Positions 17,297-26,335 of a DNA stretch of 34,121 bases are shown piece by piece. The DNA lies in NCBI GenBank assembly GCA_050012655.1, contig JBEKGT010000002.1, forward strand, positions 1 through 34,121. The letters are read 5' to 3'. The translations under genes and the position numbers were made by a program. The DNA comes from Gemmatimonadales bacterium (GTDB lineage Bacteria; Gemmatimonadota; Gemmatimonadetes; Gemmatimonadales; JACORV01). Position 1 is the stretch's first letter, and each line of letters begins with the position of its first letter. The notes under the pieces were generated by a model, which saw only the letters and a program-made list of their open reading frames with translations, ran no database searches and was not told where the DNA came from.

Positions 17297-17979
17297 GCCT
17301 GCGCTCCCGACGGCCGCGCGGACGCGTCCGGGGCGCCCTCCGCGACGGTGATCTCGTAGGTGCAGGCGTTCGAGCCCGCGGTGATGTGATCGCGCCGTTC
17401 CACCCCGGCGGCCAGGACGTCGGTCAGGAACCGCGCCTCCGCCGCGCAAATCTCCGGGTACCGCTGGGCCACGGCGCGGATGGCGCAGTTGTGCTCCGCC
17501 AGCGTGATCGCCCCGTTCTCCGTCTTCCACTCCGCCATGTAGCCTTCGTCCGAGAGCAGCCGCACCAGCCGCTGCAGCCGCATCTCGACCGGCAGGTCGG
17601 CCAGCTCCGTCTTGAGCTGCTCCGCCTGCGCCCGGAACCGCTCGGCGAACATCGCGCTGATCTCGCCCCGCCCCGCCCGCTCCTCGACCTGCTCCAGCAG
17701 CTCCGTGAGCGCGTCCTGGTAGCGGTTGGGGAAGAGCGCCGCGGCACGGTCGGTCAGCCGGTACGCATAGGTCGGCGCCCCGAGCCCTCGTTGCTCGCGC
17801 CCGTACACGACCAGCCCGTCCACCTCCAGCTCCTTGAGGTGGCGGCGGACCGCATTCGCCGAGACGCCGAATTCCGCGCTAAGCTCTTTTGCGGTAATCG
17901 GTTGGGTCTTCTTGATGGCCACGAGGATCTGGCCGCGCAGGCCGCGGTGTCCCGCGACCTCCACTCCATGCATCTCCAT
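17293..17979 (-). CDS. sufR: SufR-like winged-helix transcriptional regulator of the suf operon
   Basis: N-terminal wHTH ([42 protein letters not shown]). The C-terminal domain carries Cys residues ([19 protein letters not shown]...SNACTYE, i.e. C-X12-C-X27-C). It is the first gene of the operon and overlaps sufB. The start is set to the ATG at 17979 because the TTG at 18015 used by the ORF track is part of a TTGACA -35 box. Confidence 0.7.
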   Translation of the reverse strand: MEMHGVEVAGHRGLRGQILVAIKKTQPITAKELSAEFGVSANAVRRHLKELEVDGLVVYGREQRGLGAPTYAYRLTDRAAALFPNRYQDALTELLEQVEERAGRGEISAMFAERFRAQAEQLKTELADLPVEMRLQRLVRLLSDEGYMAEWKTENGAITLAEHNCAIRAVAQRYPEICAAEARFLTDVLAAGVERRDHITAGSNACTYEITVAEGAPDASARPSGAQA

Positions 17980-17986
17980 AGAGGAA

Positions 17987-18015
17987 ATCGTACCCAGCGG
18001 CGCACCGAATGTCAA
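17987..18015 (-). promoter_or_regulatory. near-consensus promoter TTGACA-N17-TACGAT directly upstream of sufR
   Basis: The minus strand reads TTGACA (18015-18010), a 17-nt spacer, then TACGAT (17992-17987). The ATG at 17979 begins 8 nt after the -10 box, which predicts a leaderless or near-leaderless mRNA. Confidence 0.55.
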
Positions 18016-18036
18016 CTTCGTGAATGTTTTTGTTGA

Positions 18037-19806
18037 TTAATGCAGTTGGAGCGCCGCGGATCCCGCTGGGCCGAGGAGCGCCTGGAGTTCAGCCATGGTC
18101 GCTGCGGCCCTGCGGTGTTCGAGGAAGAAGGAACGGAGCGCGGTGCGGAAGGTGGCATCACCGACCGCCCGCCATGCCGCCTCGATGGCCGCGAGCGGCA
18201 GGTGCGCCGCCTCCGCGTCGCGGACCAATCGCTGGCGTGTCGAGTCGCCTTCGTTCGCGGCGTGCAGCAGGAGAACGGACCAGGCGGGGAGCGCGTCAGC
18301 GAGCCACGCTGCACCGGGACCGATGAAACGGACGGCCGATCCCCACCACGCCCGGGCCACGGCGACCCGGGCGGAGTCGTCAGACGCGGCCGGGTCCGCA
18401 AAGAGGGCGCTCCCCGCCGCATGGGGAAGCCGGACGTCCGCGAGGACGAAGTCCACCTCTTCGTCCGCGAGGCGTCCGAAGGCCGCGGAGAAGAACGTCC
18501 AGGCGTCGGCCACCACATCGGCGAGGGCGCCGGCGCGCATGGGCGGGAGAACGGAGTCGCTCTCCGCGCTCCACACACGCAGGGTGAGCAGGGGACCGGA
18601 CCGGGCCGCGATGCGCCGCAGCCGGCCGATCACGAACGCCGGCTCGGGCGAAGGTTCGTCGGCCGCGATCCAGGTGATGCGCCTTCGGCCGGAGGCTGTG
18701 ACGTCGGCGGCGAGTCGCCCGGCCGCGACCGCGGTGAACGCCTCGGGAAGGTCGAACCGAATGGTGTAGCGGGGCCTGGGCGTGTCCAGCGGCTGCTCGA
18801 GGGAGTCGGCCCAGGGCGCGACGTGCGGGAGCCAGTCGGCCAAGCCGCGCACCCGCGCATCCGAGACGGCGATGCCCCCGGTCACCCCCTCCAGGGCCGC
18901 GACGTGGAAGGCGACCGTCACTGCCGTCGCGGCCAGCGGGGCCACCGGCTGCGGGAGAAGGACCGCCGTGACGGCGGTGCCGCGCCGCACGGCGAGCGAC
19001 TGGCCGGTGGAGCTCCGCACCCCGTCGAGGTCGAAGGGCCAGCCTACCGCCACGAAAAGCGAGTCCCTTGGCCGCACGTCCTCGTTCACGATCTCAATGC
19101 GCACGGCGAAGTCTGCCCGCGGCACAGTGGGGTCGAAGCGGACCACCGCCTCGTAGGCGCGAGGCCGCCACGGGGAGCCCGCGAGCGCGCGGTTCGCATC
19201 GGCGGCGAGGCGTGCGGCCTCGGCGGGAGGCGGGGGCGCGGGAGCCGGGGCGGGGGCCGCGGGCGCGGTGTCCGCGGGGGCGCGGATCGCGAGGCCGTCG
19301 AAGACGCGCTGGTAACCGGCGGCGATCGAGTCGCGGGGGAGCCCGCGCGGGTAGCGGAACTGCACGATGATGAGGTCGCTTCCGCGGGCGATGAAGTACT
19401 CCTCCACGTCCAGGGCGAGGCGGCTCACCGCGCCGCTCATCACCACATGGATGGCGGGCAGCCCGGCGACGGTGAGGGAGTCCCTCGTGAGGACCCTGAA
19501 GGTGCGGCCGAGGGTGGGCTGCCACGTGGTCCGGACGCGCTGGTCGGCGACATCGCCGAGCGGCACCGGCCGGTCGAAGGAGGTGAGCACGAGCGCACCC
19601 CAGAGTTGCTCGCGAAGGGGAGCGTCGCGCGGATGGAAGAGCACGGTGATCGTCTCCCGCGAGCCGCCGGGGGAGAACACCCAGTCGGGGAACGGGCGTG
19701 GGATGGCGACGCCGAACGCCTCGTTGCGGTACACGGGGACATCCAGCGTCCCGGTGTCCTGCGGCACGGTGGCGGCGACGAGGATGCAGAGGGCCGCGGC
19801 GATCAC
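18037..19806 (-). CDS. secreted hypothetical protein; the C-terminal half resembles an M1-family peptidase lacking the HExxH zinc site
   Basis: 589-aa ORF with a GTG start and a short signal-like N-terminus (MIAAALCILVAATVPQ). A Pro/Ala linker (APAAPAPAPAPPPPA) follows. The segment LPHAAGSALFADP...VAVARAWWGSAVRF...AAWLADALPAW aligns by eye to the M1 GAMEN / HExxHxWFGN / WLNEGFA blocks, but the His/Glu ligands are replaced. Confidence 0.55.
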   Translation of the reverse strand: MIAAALCILVAATVPQDTGTLDVPVYRNEAFGVAIPRPFPDWVFSPGGSRETITVLFHPRDAPLREQLWGALVLTSFDRPVPLGDVADQRVRTTWQPTLGRTFRVLTRDSLTVAGLPAIHVVMSGAVSRLALDVEEYFIARGSDLIIVQFRYPRGLPRDSIAAGYQRVFDGLAIRAPADTAPAAPAPAPAPPPPAEAARLAADANRALAGSPWRPRAYEAVVRFDPTVPRADFAVRIEIVNEDVRPRDSLFVAVGWPFDLDGVRSSTGQSLAVRRGTAVTAVLLPQPVAPLAATAVTVAFHVAALEGVTGGIAVSDARVRGLADWLPHVAPWADSLEQPLDTPRPRYTIRFDLPEAFTAVAAGRLAADVTASGRRRITWIAADEPSPEPAFVIGRLRRIAARSGPLLTLRVWSAESDSVLPPMRAGALADVVADAWTFFSAAFGRLADEEVDFVLADVRLPHAAGSALFADPAASDDSARVAVARAWWGSAVRFIGPGAAWLADALPAWSVLLLHAANEGDSTRQRLVRDAEAAHLPLAAIEAAWRAVGDATFRTALRSFFLEHRRAAATMAELQALLGPAGSAALQLH

Positions 19807-19889
19807 CCCACGATGCTACCGCGCCGCGAGCGGGCGCGCCACGCCGCGCGGACCGTGCGGGGGCGCCAGGCGCGGGTTAGCTTGGGCGC

Positions 19890-21404
19890 GTGGCCCTGCT
19901 CGCGCTGCGCGACGTGACGAAGCGGTACCCCGGTGTCACCGCCCTCGATGCGGTCAGTCTGGAGGTTGAGGCGGGGACGGTGCACGCGCTGGTCGGCGAG
20001 AACGGGGCGGGGAAGTCCACGCTCCTCAAGATCCTCGCGGGCGCCGAGCGCGCGGACGGCGGCACGGTGGCACTGGACGGCACGGTCCTCCGCCTGACGA
20101 GTCCGCGCGACGGTCTGCGGTGCGGCATCACCGTCATCTACCAGGAATTCGCGCTCGTCCCCTCCCTCGGCGCCGACGCCAACATCTTCCTCGGGATGGA
20201 GCCGATGCGCCACGGTCTCCTCGACGGGGCGGCGGCCCGGCGCGACGCCGCTCGGGCCCTCGGCGAACTCGGCGCGACCTTCGACCCGTCCACGCCTGTC
20301 AGCAGGCTCTCCACGGCCGAGTGCCAGCTCGTCGAGTTGGCGCGCGCCCTGGTGCGCGACGCCCGGGTGATCGCGCTCGACGAGCCGACGGCCGCGCTCT
20401 CCACTCGGGAGACCGCACACCTCTTCTCCCAGATGCGACGCATGGCGGAGCGCGGGCTGGCCGTGATCTTCGTCTCGCACCGCCTCGAGGAGGTGCGCGC
20501 CGTCTCCTCCACCGTCACGGTGCTGCGCGATGGGCGGCGCGTGTGGACCGGGCCGACCGCCACGATCGACGAGCCGGCGCTGATCCGGCACATGGTGGGG
20601 CGGGACGTGGAGTACGAGCGGCTGGCCGCGCAGGGCGGCCGCGGTGCCGGGACGGGCGGCACGGACGGCCCGGTGGCGCTCGAAGTGCGGGGCCTCACGC
20701 GGCGGCCGCGGTTCGCGGGCGTCTCGTTCACGCTCCGGCGGGGCGAGATCGTGGGGCTCGCCGGCCTGGTGGGTGCGGGGCGCACCGAGCTGGCGCGCTG
20801 CCTCGCGGGCGCCGACGCGTGGAGCGCGGGTGAGGTCGTCCTCGGCGGGCGTCCCTTCCGTCCGCGCACGCCGGCGGACGCCATCGCCCGCGGGGTGGCC
20901 TACGTCCCCGAGGACCGGAAGACCCAGGGGCTAGTCCTGGGTCTCCTGGTGCGGGAGAACACCACGCTGCCGTCGCTACGACGCTTCACGCGGCTGGGTG
21001 TGCTCCAGCTCGGGGCGGAGCGGGACGCCGCGGCCGCGCAGATCGCCGCGGTGGAACTCGCCCCCGACACGCTCGAGCGGCCGGCCGGCACGCTCTCCGG
21101 AGGGAACCAGCAGAAGGTCGTGCTGGCGAAGTGGCTCCTCGCCAACGCCGATGTCCTCATCGTGGACGAGCCGACGCGCGGCGTGGACGTGGCGGCGAAG
21201 ATCGAGATCCACCGGCAGCTGCGCGCGCTCGCGGATCGGGGGAAGGCGGTTCTGGTGATCTCGTCCGAGCTGCCGGAGGTGCTGGCGCTGGCGGACCGCG
21301 TCCTCGTTATGCGCGCGGGACGGCTGTCGGCGACGTTCGAGGCTGCGGAGGCCACGCCGGAGCGGGTGCTCGCCGCGGCGCTGCCCGAAGGACACGCCGC
21401 ATGA
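19890..21404 (+). CDS. sugar ABC transporter ATP-binding protein (CUT2, RbsA/MglA-like, duplicated ABC domains)
   Basis: First domain: GENGAGKSTL and VIALDEPTAAL. Second domain: GLVGAGRTEL, LSGGNQQKVVLAKWL and VLIVDEPTRGVD. GTG start (MALLALRDVTKRYPGVTALD). Confidence 0.9.
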   Translation: MALLALRDVTKRYPGVTALDAVSLEVEAGTVHALVGENGAGKSTLLKILAGAERADGGTVALDGTVLRLTSPRDGLRCGITVIYQEFALVPSLGADANIFLGMEPMRHGLLDGAAARRDAARALGELGATFDPSTPVSRLSTAECQLVELARALVRDARVIALDEPTAALSTRETAHLFSQMRRMAERGLAVIFVSHRLEEVRAVSSTVTVLRDGRRVWTGPTATIDEPALIRHMVGRDVEYERLAAQGGRGAGTGGTDGPVALEVRGLTRRPRFAGVSFTLRRGEIVGLAGLVGAGRTELARCLAGADAWSAGEVVLGGRPFRPRTPADAIARGVAYVPEDRKTQGLVLGLLVRENTTLPSLRRFTRLGVLQLGAERDAAAAQIAAVELAPDTLERPAGTLSGGNQQKVVLAKWLLANADVLIVDEPTRGVDVAAKIEIHRQLRALADRGKAVLVISSELPEVLALADRVLVMRAGRLSATFEAAEATPERVLAAALPEGHAA

Positions 21405-22477
21405 GCGCTCCCGCGCCCGCCGCCGCGGCGAAGCCGGTCCGCCGGGCACCGCCGCCGCTGGCGCGGTTCGGCGTCCCCCTCGCGCTCGCCGCGATGGCGG
21501 TCGCCGGAACGGTCCTGATCCCCGGCTTCGCCAGCGCCGCCAATCTGACGACCATCCTCCTCCACGCGTCCATCAACGCGATCCTCGCGCTCGGCATGAC
21601 GTTCGTGATCGTGACCGCGGGGATCGACCTCTCGGTCGGCTCGATCGTCGCGCTGGGCGGCGTGCTCGCGGCCAAGACGCTCACCAGCACGGCGCTCCTG
21701 GGCGCCGTCGGGCCGGTTGGGTCGGCGCTCCTCGCCGTCGTCGTAGGGCTCGGCGTCGGCGCGGCGATCGGGATCCTGAACGGCGGCGCCGTGGCCTACC
21801 TGCGCGTCGCGCCGTTCATCGTCACCCTGGCCACGATGACGATCGCCCGCGGCGCCGCGCGCCTCGTGACCGGCGGCGTGCCGGTCGGGTACCCCGATCC
21901 GGGCGACGCCGCCTACGCCGGGAAGGTCGCGGCGCTCGACGTACTCCACGGCCTCGGTGGCGGCCGCCTTCCGGTGCCCGGGCTCCCCGGCGGGTTCCCC
22001 GTCCCCGCGCTGGTGATGCTGCTGGTGATCGCTTTGGGCGCGTTCGTGCTGACGCGGACCCGGTTCGGCCGCTACGTCTACGCGGTGGGCGGCAACGAGG
22101 AAGCGTCGCGCCTCTCCGGCGTGCCGGTGCCGTTCGTGAAGCTCGCGGTGTACGCGATCTCCGGCGCCTGTTCCGGGCTCGCCGCGATCCTCCTCCTCGG
22201 GCAGCTGCGCTCGGGCGGCCCCGACGCCGGCACCTTCTACGAGCTGAACGCCATCGCGGCCGCGGTGATCGGCGGGACCTCACTCCTCGGCGGCACCGGC
22301 ACCGCTTGGGGCACGCTGATCGGCGCGCTCCTCCTCGGCGTCCTCAACAACGCCCTCGATCTCCTCGGCGTGCAGGCGTTCTGGCAGGAGATCGCCAAGG
22401 GGGGCATCATCCTTCTCGCCGTGCTCTTCGATGTCTGGGTCACCCGCACCAGCGCGGCAGCAGCCACGAAGACGTAG
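21401..22477 (+). CDS. sugar ABC transporter permease (RbsC/BPD_transp_2 family)
   Basis: ORF 21131..22477 trimmed to the ATG at 21401 (ATGA overlap with the ATPase stop). Typical blocks: GMTFVIVTAGIDLSVGS, TLATMTIARG, GGNEEASRLSGV and IAAAVIGGTSLLGGTG. Confidence 0.9.
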   Translation: MSAPAPAAAAKPVRRAPPPLARFGVPLALAAMAVAGTVLIPGFASAANLTTILLHASINAILALGMTFVIVTAGIDLSVGSIVALGGVLAAKTLTSTALLGAVGPVGSALLAVVVGLGVGAAIGILNGGAVAYLRVAPFIVTLATMTIARGAARLVTGGVPVGYPDPGDAAYAGKVAALDVLHGLGGGRLPVPGLPGGFPVPALVMLLVIALGAFVLTRTRFGRYVYAVGGNEEASRLSGVPVPFVKLAVYAISGACSGLAAILLLGQLRSGGPDAGTFYELNAIAAAVIGGTSLLGGTGTAWGTLIGALLLGVLNNALDLLGVQAFWQEIAKGGIILLAVLFDVWVTRTSAAAATKT

Positions 22478-22494
22478 CAGAGAGGCAGGTCCGC

Positions 22495-25400
22495 ATGAGC
22501 ATCCGTCGCGCCCTCGTCGTCGCCGGCCTCGGCCTCCTGGCCGCCGGCGCGCTCCCCGCCCAGGACCTCGCCATCCGCTCCTGGCTGGTGCGCGGCCCGA
22601 TCCCCGCCGAGCCGGAGCTGGCCGGCCTGCTGCGCGACTACGCTGGGGGCGAGGACCGCCTCCTCCCCGACTCGGGCGACGTCGTCGCCGGCGACGCCTT
22701 CCTCCCGGCGTCCGCGGATTCCCTGGGGCGCATCAACCTGGTGGCGCTCCTGCGGACCGGGACGGACCACGCGATCGCCTACGCGCACACCTACGTCTGG
22801 TCGCCGACCGACCGCACGCTGCTGCTGGTGATGGACAGCGACGACGACATCGTGGCGTACGTGAACGGCCAGCGCGTGTGGGTGGACTTCGTGGCGCGCG
22901 GGGTGGGCACGGGCCGCGACACCGCGACGGTGCGATTCGCCGCCGGCTGGAACAGCGTGCTCCTCAAACCCGCCAACCGCACCGGGGGCTTCGACGTGCT
23001 GGGACGCCTCGCGGCCATCCCGGGCATCGGCTCCCTCGACGGCGTGCACACGCAGTCGCGCCGTCCCGCCGAGGTGCGCCCCGGCAGCCACAACTATCCG
23101 TCGGCGACGGTCACGGTATCGCCGCTGCGCCTCGAGGGCCCACTCACCTGGACCGGTGGCCAGCTCGATCTCGGCGCCAGCGCCGAAGTGACGGCGTGGG
23201 GCCGCGACACGCTGCGCGGCGCGAGCATCCGGTTCGTCCAGGGCACTGCCGCCTGGACGGGCGATTCGGTCGCGGTCCTTCCCCCTGGCGTCCCGACGCC
23301 GGTGCGGCTACGCCCCACCCTCGAGGAATTGCGCAACGCGTCGCTTGGCGCCAGCCCGCTGCGTGCCGCGATCTCCTGGACCGGCGCGAACGCCTCGCCG
23401 GCGGCCCCGGTGCGCCCAGCTCCCGGCCAGCCGGCCCCTGCGGCGGCGCCTCCCGGCATCGAGACCACAGTGAGCGTGGACGCCGGCCGGCTCCTTCAGC
23501 TCGCCGGCTCCCGCCTCGCGCTTGGCTCGTGGCTCGCCGACTCGAGCGGCGGCCACCGGCACTTCCAGGTCCGGCTCATCGTGCCCGTCTCACTCGCCGG
23601 GCAGAAGATGGACCTCCTGGCGCCGGAGTTCGGCGCGGGGGCCACTTACCTCGTGGGCGGCGCGGCGCGCGCGTGGCGGGCGGGTGCGGTCGAGTTGTGC
23701 GCGCCGTGCCGCGGCGGCGACACGATCCGCGTCGCGATCACGCTCGAGCCGGGCCGCGCCTGGTGGACGCTGCCGACGGCCCGCGCGAGGGACGCTGGCT
23801 ACGCCGAGTACGCGGTGGGCTACGGCTACGCCCGTGCGCTCGCCGGTCGCGCGCCGGACATCGCGCCACCCGACGCGCGCGCGTGGCTCGCGGCGCTCGG
23901 CGAGAGGGATGGCGGCGACTACGCCGCGCTCCAGGCCCGCTACCAGGGCGCCTATGCCCCGCTCAGCGCGATGATCCGGCAGGACACGCTCCACCTCGTC
24001 GGCAACTCGCACATCGACGCCGCCTGGCTCTGGCCGTGGAGCGAGACCGAAGAGGTGATCCGCAACACCTGGCGGACCTCCCTCAAGCTCGCGGCGATGT
24101 TCCCCGGCTACGTCTTCACGGGCAGCTCGGGCGCGTTCTACGACTATCTCGACCGCGAGGTGCCGAGTCTTGCCGACTCGATCCGGCGCGCGGTGCAGGC
24201 GGGGCAGTGGGCCACGGTCGGCGGGATGTGGATCGAACCGGATCTCAATTCGCCGTCGGGCGAGTCTCTTGTGCGGCAGGGACTCTACGGCCAGCGGTAC
24301 TTCCAGCAGCACTACGGCGCGCGCTCGACCGTCTCGTGGATCCCGGATTCGTTCGGGTTCCCGTGGACCCTGCCGCAGATCTTCCGGCAGCTCGGCTTCG
24401 ACGCCTTTGTCACGCAGAAGATCCGCTGGAACGACTCCACGGTGCTCCGCTACAACGCCTTCTTCTGGGAGGGCCGCGACGGCACCCGGATCTTCAGCTA
24501 CAACCCGTACGGCTACACCCACGACCTCGACCCCGCAGACCTGGTGCACCAGCGGCTCGAGGACCGCCAGCGCACCGGCGGCCACCACCAGGTCGTGCTC
24601 TACGGGGTGGGTGACCACGGCGGCGGGCCGACCATCGAGATGCTGCAGCGGGCCGAGGACCTGCGACGCGTGCCGACCTTCCCGGCGATGCGCTACGCCT
24701 TCCCCGACAGCGCGCTCGCGACGGTGCGCCACGCCCTCGGCGACTCCGCCTTCGCGGTCTGGCACGACGAGCTGTACCTCGAGTACCACCGCGGCACCTA
24801 CACCACGCAGGCGCGGCAGAAATGGTCGCTGGCGCGCAGTGAAGCGCTCCTTCGCACCACGGAGGCGCTGGCGGCCGTGGACACCGCGGCCTACCCACGC
24901 CGCCCCTTGGAGGCCGCGTGGCGGCGAGTCCTCTTCAACCAGTTCCACGACGTCCTCCCCGGCTCGGGGATCCACCAGATCTATCTCGACGCGAACGCGC
25001 AGTACGACACGGCGTGGACGCTGCTGGACACGCTGGCGCAGCGGGGTTTCGCGGATCTGCGCGCGAGGATGGACACGCGCGGAGGCGGCCGCGGCGCCGT
25101 GCCGGTCGTGGTGTTCAACCCGCTCACCTGGCCGCGGACGGCGTTCGTGCGGGTCGCGCGCGCGGACGGGGACACAATCCTCCTCGCGGCACGCGACGTC
25201 CCCGCGCTCGGCGCGAAGGTGTTCCAGGTGCCGCGCGCGGGGGTGCCTCCGCTCGGGAGCGCGCTCCCGGCGCCCACGGCGGGGCCGACCTGGATCGAGA
25301 ACGCCTACCTGCGGGTCGAGGTGGACACGGCGACGGGCATCATCGCGCGGCTCTACGACAAGCGCGCGCGCCGCGAGGTGCTCGCCCCCGGTGCGCGCGG

Positions 25401-26322
25401 CAACGTCCTGCAGGTCTTCGGCGACCTCCCGCGCACCTGGGACGCGTGGGACATCGGCTACACCGGCGAGCAGTGGGAGGTGACCGAGACGGCGCACGTC
25501 ACCCGGAGCGCCGATGCCGCCGAGGCGCGCCTCGGCTTCACCCGCCACTGGGGCGCCTCGACGCTCGCGCAGACGCTCGTCCTCGGCCGGGAGAGCCCAT
25601 TCCTCGAGGTGCGGAACGAGGCCGACTGGCACGAGACCCACAGGCTCCTCAAGGTGGGCTTCACGCTGGGCGTGCGGGCCGACTCCGCCACCTTCGCCAT
25701 CCCCTACGGCACGATCGGCCGGTCGGGGACGCCGCGGACACAGGCGGAACGGGCCAAGTACGAGGTGCCGGGGCAGCGCTGGGCCGACGTCTCCGACTCG
25801 GCCTTCGGCGTCAGCATCGTCACCGACAGCAAGTACGGGTGGGACTACCACGGCAACGTGCTGCGGCTCTCGCTGCTGCGCTCGCCGGTGTGGCCCGACT
25901 CCATCGCCGACCGCGGGCACCACGCCTTTCGCTTCCTCGTCTACCCGCACGCCGGAGACTGGCGCGCGGCGGGGACGGTGCGCCGGGCCGCGGAGATCAC
26001 GGCACCGCTGGTGGCCGGCCCCGAGGCCGCACACGCGGGCGCGCTGGGCCGCACCACCAGCTTCGCGTCGGTGGACGTGCCCGGCGTCGAGCTCTCCTGG
26101 GTGAAACGCGCCGAGGACTCCGACGCGCTGGTGCTGCGCCTGGTCGAGTGGGAGGGCCGGGCCGAGACCGCCACCGTGACGCTACGCGCACCGATCCGCG
26201 CCGCGCACCGTGCTAACCTGCTGGAGGACCCCGGCGCGGCGATCCCCGCCACGGGGCGGGCCTTCCGCCTCGCCCTCCGGCCCTACGAGATCGCGACCGT
26301 GCTCGTCGAGCCGGTCCGCTGA
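22495..26322 (+). CDS. GH38 family alpha-mannosidase with a signal peptide and an N-terminal extension of about 470 aa
   Basis: ORF 22306..26322 trimmed to the ATG at 22495 (MSIRRALVVAGLGLLAAGALPAQ-D). GH38 blocks begin near residue 475: HLVGNSHIDAAWLWPW, GGMWIEPDLN, SWIPDSFGFPWTLPQI, LYGVGDHGGGP, YLEYHRGTYTTQA and FNQFHDVLPGSGI. Confidence 0.9.
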   Translation: MSIRRALVVAGLGLLAAGALPAQDLAIRSWLVRGPIPAEPELAGLLRDYAGGEDRLLPDSGDVVAGDAFLPASADSLGRINLVALLRTGTDHAIAYAHTYVWSPTDRTLLLVMDSDDDIVAYVNGQRVWVDFVARGVGTGRDTATVRFAAGWNSVLLKPANRTGGFDVLGRLAAIPGIGSLDGVHTQSRRPAEVRPGSHNYPSATVTVSPLRLEGPLTWTGGQLDLGASAEVTAWGRDTLRGASIRFVQGTAAWTGDSVAVLPPGVPTPVRLRPTLEELRNASLGASPLRAAISWTGANASPAAPVRPAPGQPAPAAAPPGIETTVSVDAGRLLQLAGSRLALGSWLADSSGGHRHFQVRLIVPVSLAGQKMDLLAPEFGAGATYLVGGAARAWRAGAVELCAPCRGGDTIRVAITLEPGRAWWTLPTARARDAGYAEYAVGYGYARALAGRAPDIAPPDARAWLAALGERDGGDYAALQARYQGAYAPLSAMIRQDTLHLVGNSHIDAAWLWPWSETEEVIRNTWRTSLKLAAMFPGYVFTGSSGAFYDYLDREVPSLADSIRRAVQAGQWATVGGMWIEPDLNSPSGESLVRQGLYGQRYFQQHYGARSTVSWIPDSFGFPWTLPQIFRQLGFDAFVTQKIRWNDSTVLRYNAFFWEGRDGTRIFSYNPYGYTHDLDPADLVHQRLEDRQRTGGHHQVVLYGVGDHGGGPTIEMLQRAEDLRRVPTFPAMRYAFPDSALATVRHALGDSAFAVWHDELYLEYHRGTYTTQARQKWSLARSEALLRTTEALAAVDTAAYPRRPLEAAWRRVLFNQFHDVLPGSGIHQIYLDANAQYDTAWTLLDTLAQRGFADLRARMDTRGGGRGAVPVVVFNPLTWPRTAFVRVARADGDTILLAARDVPALGAKVFQVPRAGVPPLGSALPAPTAGPTWIENAYLRVEVDTATGIIARLYDKRARREVLAPGARGNVLQVFGDLPRTWDAWDIGYTGEQWEVTETAHVTRSADAAEARLGFTRHWGASTLAQTLVLGRESPFLEVRNEADWHETHRLLKVGFTLGVRADSATFAIPYGTIGRSGTPRTQAERAKYEVPGQRWADVSDSAFGVSIVTDSKYGWDYHGNVLRLSLLRSPVWPDSIADRGHHAFRFLVYPHAGDWRAAGTVRRAAEITAPLVAGPEAAHAGALGRTTSFASVDVPGVELSWVKRAEDSDALVLRLVEWEGRAETATVTLRAPIRAAHRANLLEDPGAAIPATGRAFRLALRPYEIATVLVEPVR

Positions 26323-26335
26323 CAGGAGCGCCTTC

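Noticed and set aside
17980-18015. TTG start at 18015 for the SufR-like gene, as given by the ORF track
   Set aside because: The TTG is the first half of a TTGACA -35 hexamer, with a TACGAT -10 box 17 nt downstream. The ATG at 17979 is the first start that can lie on the predicted transcript.
18040-19917. 625-aa plus-strand ORF
   Set aside because: It is antisense to the 589-aa secreted protein gene. Its translation is dominated by Gly/Arg/Glu/Pro, and it would also overrun the start of the sugar ABC ATPase.
22431-24614. 727-aa plus-strand ORF in an alternative frame of the GH38 gene
   Set aside because: It gives an Arg/Pro/Gly-rich nonsense translation that overlaps the real GH38 frame on the same strand.
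23590-26034. 814-aa minus-strand ORF
   Set aside because: It is antisense to the GH38 alpha-mannosidase, whose conserved blocks run through the whole region. Its Arg/Gly/Pro/Val-rich low-complexity translation has no motifs.
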